Shown in pieces: positions 56,401 to 64,000 of a stretch of DNA of 64,000 nucleotides. The position numbers and the translations under genes were made by a program. The first letter of the stretch is position 1; each line of letters starts with the position of its first letter. The stretch covers positions 37,634,001-37,698,000 of the forward strand of contig NC_083423.1 in the NCBI RefSeq assembly GCF_020745735.1, read 5' to 3'. This DNA is from Hemiscyllium ocellatum (lineage: Eukaryota). A model generated the notes under the pieces. The model was not told the DNA's origin, made no database searches, and saw nothing but the letters and a program-made list of their open reading frames with translations.

Positions 56401-59400
56401 TTCAGCAGATACTGCCTGGTACGGAAAAGAAACACTTGAATATTTAAGCTATTTTAGATCAGAACCTAAAAATACAAGATAATAGGAGGTGTAAAACTGT
56501 AAAGACAATTGGGAGGATTTGCCTGCATTTTGCTAGGCAAGATACAGTTCAGGATTAAAAAAAAAGACAATTATTTAAATTTCCTTAAAACAAGCATTAT
56601 ACAATTTAATGCCATTCAATGAAGACTTAGCAATCCCAAATACCAGTGGCTTTATTGGCATCACAGAAGGGGTCTAATTATTACAGCTCAATTTTTTGAA
56701 TAATGTTAGTATTGAATGTTAGGTCCCCTATTTTTAAAACTAAAAAGGGATGGGTGAAAGAAGGAGCAAGTTATTTGGATCTCAGTGAATGCTTTCAACC
56801 AACTTTTTGGAGACAGAACCAAAAATAAAAGCCAGTGGAAAGTAAGTAACAACAGGGAGCCTTGGAGGAAAGAGTGTTGTTTATGCAGTAGAATCATAAA
56901 TATGAACATCAGACCTTGCTCTTGCTGTCAAATTATAACAAAAGACTTACTAAAACAGCACAAAATCTTGTGTCAAGCTGATTACACTTACTGAAAACCT
57001 TAGACGTTAACACAAATCCAACAGTTATTTAACAGGCCTCAAGTATTGGTTTAAACGGAGTTCTTTTATGAAATAGAAAACTGCTCACCTTTTCTGATAC
57101 ATCATATTTTGTTGGTTCACATTTTGCTTGTTCGACTGACGGATCTTCCCTTGAAGTATTGTTCTCAGTCCAAGCCACATTATTACTGACTAATGATGGA
57201 TTTCCAGAGTTTTGTTGGGGCTGCATTGAAGAGCTGGATACCGGAATACCAACTTTCATTGGTGGTTTTAAAGGAAAATGAGGTTGAGCATTTTGGGAAT
57301 TAACCTGCAGACGTTTCTGGATTGCAGGTGGAAGTAACCTCAATGGACTATCTTGAACTACAAAAGTTTCTCTTCTTGAACAACTTGGGCTGCTAATACC
57401 TTTTAGAAGGGTTAGTTTTAATTTAGATTCCTCTATAAATTGCTCCACCATTTTATTGTGAGTCATTTGATTTCCCATTTTCTTAGATCTTCCTTCCATA
57501 TGGTTTTCAAAGCGTTGTGCTAATAAGTTGGCTTCTTTGGATACTTCAAAAAACAGGTCTGTGTTTGAAGGGCTCCAATTCTCAGCCTCTGTGGCCTTTG
57601 AACATTTATCTTCCTTGCAATTTAATTCGATTCCAATAGCAACACATTTTTCCACATGCCGAACTGGCCCAAGAAAAACTTCATCATCATCATCACTTTT
57701 TCCACTAGAAAACAAAAAACCTATTAACTTATAGTTCATATACTTGAAATGTGAACATTAAAAGTTCCTCAAGTTGAGCACACCGTACAAAGTAAAACTT
57801 CTCGAACTCATCACTGCTCAAGGTCAGATACCAACTGCCCAAACCTGCTCCTGATGTAACCAATGCTGTAGAATCAGTTCAAGACAGTGGCTTTGAACAA
57901 CACACCATTTCCTGTCCTTCCCAGAGAAAGAGTGTCTGTTCATTTTGTACCTGCACAAGCACAATGCAATATATTTGCAGATTTTGGTGCAAACGTACAT
58001 TAATTTTAATAATCTCTGCTTTCTGTTCCCAATTTATGATTACACTCAGGCCAAAAATGTACAAATTGTGCTCTTTATTAAAGTAGTAACATCATATGTA
58101 GGTGTTTAGATTAACAAGCATGGGCAGGCTATTTTGGTTTAAGGAGAATGTGATGGAGCCATGGCAGCTCATAATCCTGTTCTTGTAAAATAAGCTATAC
58201 ACAGATGCATTTTCCATCAGGTAGAATCTGACATTTCTGTAGAAAATTGATTGAAATCAGTGTCACCACTGAATGTTTCTTCAGTTTTATCACTTTTTTT
58301 TAAAAAACACAAATATTGGAGGTCTAAAGTCTATTTATAACTAATTAAAGGGAAGTGTACCTTTTGCTGCTTTCCTGATAGCTTAAACTGGTTATCACAT
58401 TAGATGAAAAATTTACAGGTCAGGCAGCACAAAGTCAAAATAGGTGGAAAATTCTTAATCCCACTTTTCTTCCCTTCCCCATCCCATTCCAGAGATACTG
58501 TCTTACATGCTGAATGGTGCAAATTCTTTTATTACTTTCATTTTTGTTTCCAGTTTGAATAATTGCCTGGTAACATTAAACTCTTCAGGAGACATGGATG
58601 ACCTGCTTAAAACATGGGAGCAGGACTTGGGGCTAGAAATCTCTGAGGATATGTGGAATGACATTTGGGAAAATGCTAGAAGAATTGCTATCTGTAACAG
58701 AACTCAGGCTATCCAACTAAAGATACTTCATAGGGCCCATATAGCTCCGGCTCGACTGGCAAAATTTAAGGCAGGAGCATCTCCAATGTGTCCTAAATGC
58801 AAAATAGAGGTGGGTACTCTTGTACATTGTCTGTGGACTGGTCAGAAAATCCGCAGCTACTGGACTAAAGTGGCAAATACCCTGACAGAAATTTTAGGAA
58901 CGGAAATTAGGGTGGACCCTGTATCTCTCCTTTTGGGCTTTTCGAACCTCTCATCTCTAGATATGCATGGGAAGAGACTATTTTCTATTCTCTCTTTCTG
59001 TGCAAAGAAAAATATTTTGGTGAACTGGGTGGCTGAGGGCCCCCCTGGACTTTCAAATTGGCACAGAATAATTATGGAATATATCCCCCTCGACTTCCTC
59101 ACAAATATGGTGCACCGAAAGACTGAATTATTTTATAAAATATGGCAGCCCTTTTTGAATTATATAAATGCAGATATTTCGGCTATCCTAACAAGGGCTT
59201 TTATTTAGTGAAGATTTCAGACCGGGCTGCTCCGGGGCCCCTTGGGAGAGGAATCCTGCTCGAATACGGGTTTTATTATATTTGATGTTTATACATTCCG
59301 AGCATGTAAGAGACTTAGGTATACACTCTGGTTAGTTATAGGTTAGATTAGTAGAAAGTTGAGGTTTTTTTTCTTTCTTTTTTCGTTTCTTTTTTTTTCT

Positions 59401-62400
59401 TTTTTTTGTTTTCTTTCTTTCTTTTTTCTTTGTTAAATTATGACTATTGTATATATGATTTAATTGTACATCAATGTTTGTATTTGAGAGTTTTGTTTAT
59501 TTTTGTAAATTTGCAAAAATGTTAAATTTCAATAAAAATATCTACAAAAAAAACATTAAACTCTGAAAATTTATCTCCAGACTTCATCTTCCTTTATATA
59601 TAAAAAAAGCTCACTCGTTTCAGTTTGATCAGAAGAGGTGACTTTCTGTGTTATCTTGTACCATCTTAGTTGCCCTAAAGTGCCATTTATCAAGGACAGC
59701 ATTATGGCTAACAACATTGTACTCGCAATCTATTCCAACACTGCATTTTATCCTCCTGCAAGACAAAGCCTCAACCTTAGCAAAAAGATACGCAGTGAAC
59801 TAATGATCAGCTTATTACATAAAGTACATTTCACACACATTTTGATTCCTTGGTCCAAAAATAATTTAATACTTAGATTAGATTTGGCCATGTTTTGGCA
59901 AAAGAAAGTATCTTTTTTAAAATCTACACATATGGCAGCTAATGAAAATTTGTTATTTGCAACCATTGAAACCTTTAATTTCACAAAATTTATTTGGTTT
60001 GAAAGTTTCCACATGCAACCATCTTTTGGTTGAAATTGCTTTTTAAAACCAGTTGCATACATCAGTCTTAAAATGTCTTCCAACTGAACTCAACATATAT
60101 TTAATGCAACCGGAATACAACTTTTATTTTTCTGCCACAGCAATAAAAAGCATTAGAAAAGCAAACAAAACAAATTATTTTTCCAGCAAGTTTTGTTTCT
60201 GGTTTCCAGCTTCCAGCATCAGCATTTCTTTGTGTTTTAAATTTGAGAGAAAAGCAAAAGCTTTTACCTTGCAGGCGATAACAGAATGTCAAGGTCAGAA
60301 TTCTCTTCAGATAAAAGATTGAAATCTGAGAATACAAAATTACATGTTGCTAAACTGAATTAATTGAACAGAAATACATAGAATACTAAGAAATTAAGTG
60401 TAAAAAATGCTTGCAACTTTAACTTTGAATTTGCCCATTAAAAGAGCAGTGTCTGAATAAATATCCTCTTTCACTATATTTCTTTGTCTCTCCTCTTCAA
60501 ATATATTATCTCATTTCTCAGGTCTAAAATGCCACTCACCACGTTCCTGTCCAAATTATCTATCAATTGTCTCCTGCAGTCTGTCTTCCTGCTTTCTTGC
60601 TCACTAAATCAACTATACAACAAATTCTGTATTATTTGAAAAAATTCTTAAATCATATACCCTAGATTTCAGCCTAAATTCATTGATGCACACCACAAAA
60701 CGCAAAGCACCTCTTACCAAGCCTCAAGAGACAGGAAAATTATGTGGCAAGTAACTCACCTTCTGACAGATGGTAGACAGGCTTTGGGCAATGACACAAA
60801 TGACAGTGTGATGCAATACTTTTGACTTGCCTAGATGAGTACAGCTCCAATACCACTCAGGCAACTTAATACCATCCAGGACAAAGCAGTACATACATTC
60901 AGACAGGGTGGAAAACAATGATCAAAATCTCCTTATTCTCCATTGATCCCCTTAGTAACTTGGGGTACATTTCATACTAGCTGGACGAGTTAAGTTAAAG
61001 ATGTTAAACCCTTTAGTATTCCCCCTACTGTTTATGACATCAAACATTTCAGAGTCAATTTCCTCAGCTACAATTTTCCACTAGCCCTTGTACTCATTAA
61101 GACAACATATTCATTAAGGTACAGTTCCAATATTTAAAAAGACATTTGGACAGGGGCATGAATAGGAAAGATTTATAGGAATATGAGCCAAATACAGGCA
61201 AATGGGACCAGTTTAGAGGGAGAAACTTGGTCAGCATGGACCAGTTGGAACGAAAGGACTATTTCCATGCTGTTTGTCTCCATCATTATTTTACGTATAA
61301 AAGAAAAATGCCCAGATTTTCCACCCTTATACCCAAGTCACATTTTTAGCCTTCAGTTAACACCACCATTTCCATGGTTAATTCTTTTGCCTTTTGTGCA
61401 TTCATAGAAACAGTAGTGTCTGTTTAAATTACACCATATTGTGTTTTGGGTGAAATTGAGCTGGCAATGGCAATCTTGACATAGTTCTATTAATTTGTAC
61501 CAAAAGTTTTACAACCTTCAGTCAGCCAATTTCTGAATCTCAAATGTATCCCAAAATTCTTTCAGCAATGTCAGATATTAGTTTAGTGACCAAAATAGAA
61601 ATTGCTGGAAACGTTTAGCAGGTCTGGCAACATCTGTGGACATAAATCTGAGTTAATGTTTCAGGTTAAGTGATTCTTCCTCAGAATTCAGTTACTGTAT
61701 GCAATGACCAGTGAGTTTCCAGGTGTCCATGTCCATTATGCCACTTCTGAATATGCCCAGCAATTTCTTTGTAACAGTTGCTATCGACTCTTCAAGTACT
61801 GTGGAAGACAGATTACCTGAAAGGATTTACTAAGTCTAAGTCTACGTGACTATCTGGTCAGGTCCACGCCCCCCTACAACCCACAGGAATTGCAAACCTG
61901 CACCCACACCTCCTCCCTCACCTCCATCCAAGGACCTAAAGGAGCCTTCCACATCCAAAGTTTTACCAGCACATCCACCAATAATTATTTATTGTATCCG
62001 TTGCTCCCGATGCAGTCTCCTCTACACTGGGGAGACTGGACGCTTCATAGCAGAGCGCTTTAGGGAACATCTCCGGGACACCCGCACCAATCAACCACAC
62101 TGCCCTGTGGCCCAACATTTCAACTCCTCCTCCCACCCTGGGCCTCCTTCACTGCCACTCCCTCACTATCAGATGCCTGGAGGAAAAACGCCTCATCTTC
62201 TGCCTCGGAACACTTCAACCCCAGGGCATCAATGTGGACTTCAACAATTTCCTCATTTCCCCTTCCACACCTCACCTCAGTTCCAAACTTCCAGCTCAGC
62301 ACTGTCCCCCATGACTTATCCTACCTGCCTATTCTCTTTTCCACCTGTCCACTCCACCCTCTCCCCCCCCCCCCCCCACTGACCCATCACCTTCATCCCC

Positions 62401-63314
62401 TTCCCCACTCACTTGTTGTACTCTGTGCTACTTTCTCCCCACCCCCACCCTCCTCTCACTTATCTCTCCACCCTTCAGGCTCTCTGCCTGTATTCCTGAA
62501 GGGCTTTTGTCCGAAATGTCGATTTTACTGCTCCCCTCCTGCCTGAACTGCTGTGCTCTTCCAGCACCACTAATCCAGAATGTTAGCTTAAGAACAGAAT
62601 TGATAAAATCAAAGTAATTTTTTGCAACGATTACCAGTTCATGGAGATTATAATGAACATTTAGGAAAGGAACAATTCAGGATATGTACTAAACTGCACT
62701 CATTCACTGTTGCACACATTAGTATGATTCAACTTTACTGTTATTATAATTTTGGAAGAAAATAGTTTCTCAATTATATATTTTACCTTCACTTCTTCAG
62801 TCTCTACACACACATTTTCTACATGGCCTCATGTTTGGTGAATAGCCTCTCATTTTACAAACAATAACAGAATGAAGGATCATTAAAGTGCTGGAGGCCT
62901 GGCCTCTAGAAACTCTACTTTGCCTCTCACACTTTCCAAAACGTGCCCTAGAAATTTTCAGCATCCACTTGAACAAAAGGACAATTAAGATTGAATGCCT
63001 CATCTGAAGGATCTGCTCCAGGTGATGGACCAAAATCCAACTTACAGGGTTAAGTAACAAGAATGCTACCAATTGAGCATGGAGAGTTTGAATGGAATTA
63101 ACACAGACTGATTGATACATTAAATCCTACCATTCTATTCAACTATAACCCCTCTTACTACCTTTTGAGACACTTGCAAATAAATTGCAACAAGTGAAAC
63201 ACAAGTTAATTCATTTCAAACCTGGTGCACATAGAAGGGGTCCAAATGCTTGAATTACTATACAACAACTAAAATGACAAACATTTGACTACCTTTGTTA
63301 GTTTGCTCATCCAT
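41350..63314 (-). CDS. GTSE1: G2 and S phase-expressed protein 1, 673 aa, complete (11 coding exons)
   Basis: Exons 63314-63293, 60325-60268, 57704-57089, 55072-54911, 52614-52470, 51554-51210, 49251-49179, 47547-47302, 46754-46601, 44704-44591 and 41436-41350 total 2022 nt and are phase-compatible. Features: N-terminal DDEVFLGP..HVEKC and SRRETF, tandem SALP/SGIP EB1-binding motifs, LIDL/LIDF clathrin boxes, C-terminus KENVNLDSPLLKF. Adjacent to TRMU as in human. Confidence 0.95.
42520..43290 (+). mobile_element. old CR1 fragment
   Basis: Degenerate RT C-terminal similarity (QMNFNVQKF, LNLYKTL). Confidence 0.5.
44591..44704 (-). CDS. GTSE1: GTSE1 penultimate exon (...RPLIDLSNTPE...)
   Basis: ttttag| acceptor and CCG|gtaagt donor; LIDL clathrin box. 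Confidence 0.9.
45243..45555 (+). mobile_element. full-length young HE1-type V-SINE
   Basis: ggggcggcacggtggcacagtggttagc... A box, ggttcaattccc B box, V-domain, (TCTAA)n tail. Confidence 0.95.
45600..46400 (+). mobile_element. old CR1 RT fragment
   Basis: GAPQGSVL, EWAKIWQMEHNV and VQFWSH-like remnants. Confidence 0.65.
46601..46754 (-). CDS. GTSE1: GTSE1 exon (EQMSKK...VPCVLDFSPDK...SKE)
   Basis: tag| acceptor and GAG|gtagg donor; ORF 46499..46747. Confidence 0.88.
47302..47547 (-). CDS. GTSE1: GTSE1 exon with SxIP-type motifs (RLSALPTPLNRRRSGIPTFTP)
   Basis: cag| acceptor and AG|gtgag donor; two EB1-binding motifs. Confidence 0.93.
47720..48790 (-). mobile_element. degenerate L2/CR1-type LINE fragments
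   Basis: Purine-rich plus strand typical of an antisense L2-like ORF2; no intact ORF. Confidence 0.4.
49179..49251 (-). CDS. GTSE1: GTSE1 exon (PSPGTARSKATQPRKLLSCSAVE)
   Basis: 73 nt, phase 1 to 2, aag| acceptor and AG|gtaac donor. Confidence 0.82.
49385..50036 (-). mobile_element. nested pair of HE1-type SINEs (inner copy 49612-49907)
   Basis: 8-bp TSD tggcagaa at 49604-49611 and 49908-49915, inside the V-domain of the outer copy. Confidence 0.85.
51210..51554 (-). CDS. GTSE1: GTSE1 Ser/Thr/Lys-rich exon
   Basis: ORF 51199..51555; cag| acceptor and G|gtaag donor. Confidence 0.88.
52470..52614 (-). CDS. GTSE1: GTSE1 exon (VSEPNVSGF...NSGGR), GC donor
   Basis: tag| acceptor; donor GAG|gcaagt; 145 nt gives the phase 0 to 1 change needed to join the flanking exons. 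Confidence 0.8.
54911..55072 (-). CDS. GTSE1: GTSE1 exon (PKSGTRL...LAAHQ)
   Basis: 162 nt, phase 0/0, canonical sites, open frame. Confidence 0.8.
57089..57704 (-). CDS. GTSE1: GTSE1 large N-terminal exon
   Basis: ORF 57029..57739; DDDDEVFLGPVRHVEKC; tag| acceptor and AAG|gtgag donor. Confidence 0.95.
58585..59551 (+). mobile_element. 5'-truncated L1-clade LINE (ORF2 C-terminus, 3' UTR, poly(A))
   Basis: ORF with CPKC-x8-H zinc-knuckle remnant and F.KIWQPF tail; AATAAA at 59531; A-tail; 13-bp TSD aacattaaactct at 58572-58584 and 59552-59564. Confidence 0.92.
60268..60325 (-). CDS. GTSE1: GTSE1 exon (FNLLSEENSDLDILLSPA-S)
   Basis: 58 nt, canonical splice sites, resembles human DILLLADEKFDFDLSLSSS. 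Confidence 0.85.
61860..62580 (+). mobile_element. Penelope-like element 3' fragment with GIY-YIG endonuclease remnant
   Basis: IIYCIRCSRCSLLYTGETGR..ERFREH..PVAQHFNS in ORF 61846..62382. Confidence 0.85.
63293..63314 (-). CDS. GTSE1: GTSE1 first coding exon (MDEQTNK-D); whole exon 63335-63293
   Basis: ccaacag| acceptor, gaaATGG Kozak context, G|gtagt donor, phase fits the next exon. Confidence 0.75.
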
Positions 63315-63589
63315 TTCTTGAATTGACCTTCACACCTGTTGGAACACACATAAATACAAGAGAGTAAAATTCAAAAAAAGTTTTAGGAAATCAGCAGCAG
63401 ACACAATGGGAATTTAATCTCACTGCTCAAAGTCAGTACCCCACACGGTCTCATCACCCTCAGCCCCCACTGCCCACTGCCCCCTCCATCCCTCCATGTC
63501 TGTCTCTCTCACAATCTTCACCTCAGCCCCCACTGCCCCCTCCATGTCTCCGTCTCCGTCTCCGTCCTCCCCCCCCCCCCCTTACAACC

Positions 63590-63860
63590 CCCTCTCCAAT
63601 CACTCAGCAGCTGGGCCGAGGACTCAACGAAGTCTTTCCCCTCCTGGACCTTGCTTGTCCTCACCTCAGCCTCTCCGCAACCTCTACCACGCCAATGGAC
63701 AGACCGTTCACTAACGACACTCTCCCCTTTCACAGAGATTTGAAATTGACCCGGCCCTCAGCGAGATGGCCTCCCATTGGTCCATTTGAACGAAGCTGTT
63801 ATGCCTAGGTCTGTCGCGCCTGCGCGTCTCCAGCAATGCATTCTGGGGACTGTAGTCCAT
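63590..63860 (-). promoter_or_regulatory. GTSE1: GTSE1 promoter / non-coding exon 1 (donor after 63665)
   Basis: CpG-enriched. TTTGAA (CHR) at 63739-63744 and 63785-63790; CCAAT boxes at 63596, 63692 and 63776-63780 (reverse); GCGCCTGCGC (NRF1-like) at 63816-63825; ACTACAGTCCCCAGAATGC (ZNF143-type, minus strand) at 63838-63856; donor GAG|gtgagg. Confidence 0.75.
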
Positions 63861-64000
63861 AGCTCTGATTTTACAACTCCACTGTGGGATGGAGGTGTTG
63901 CTAGAGCTTCTGCAGCCTTTTATGTTTCAGAGTTCCAGTATCTGCAATTCTTCGGTTTACTTTCTGTTTTTATTTCATATTTCCAACAATTTTATTCACT

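Noticed and set aside
56364-56415. Possible 52-nt cryptic or poison exon in GTSE1 (minus strand; ttttccgtaccag| ... |gtatga)
   Set aside because: Frameshifting, not needed for the model, and supported by splice-like signals only; needs RNA-seq

Overview
Vertebrate genomic DNA, almost certainly from a shark: it carries HE1-type V-SINEs, CR1/HER1-type LINEs and Penelope-like elements. Three spliced protein-coding genes can be reconstructed exon by exon. (1) TRMU (mitochondrial tRNA 2-thiouridylase, MnmA family), minus strand: coding exons 1-8 run from 31648 down to 1124 and the gene continues off the left edge. (2) A complete, intact 320-aa PLP fold-type-II enzyme of the serine/threonine dehydratase / serine racemase family, plus strand, with 6 coding exons at 34113-40529. 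It is head-to-head with TRMU and tail-to-tail with GTSE1. (3) GTSE1, minus strand, complete, with 11 coding exons at 63314-41350 (673 aa) and a CHR/CCAAT/NRF1/ZNF143-type promoter at about 63.6-63.9 kb. In human, GTSE1 and TRMU are direct neighbours, so the dehydratase-like gene is an extra gene in an otherwise conserved block. The introns are dense with retroelements: a near-full-length CR1 with a candidate -1 slippery site at the ORF1/ORF2 junction, a 5'-truncated L1 with a 13-bp TSD, Gypsy remnants, Tigger-like MITEs and many SINEs. There are also several Penelope-derived elements with minimal hammerhead-ribozyme cores, including small fold-back insertions with 10-14 bp TSDs. Two GC-AG introns are required by the gene models. 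All calls are by eye, and human comparisons are from memory, not from searches.
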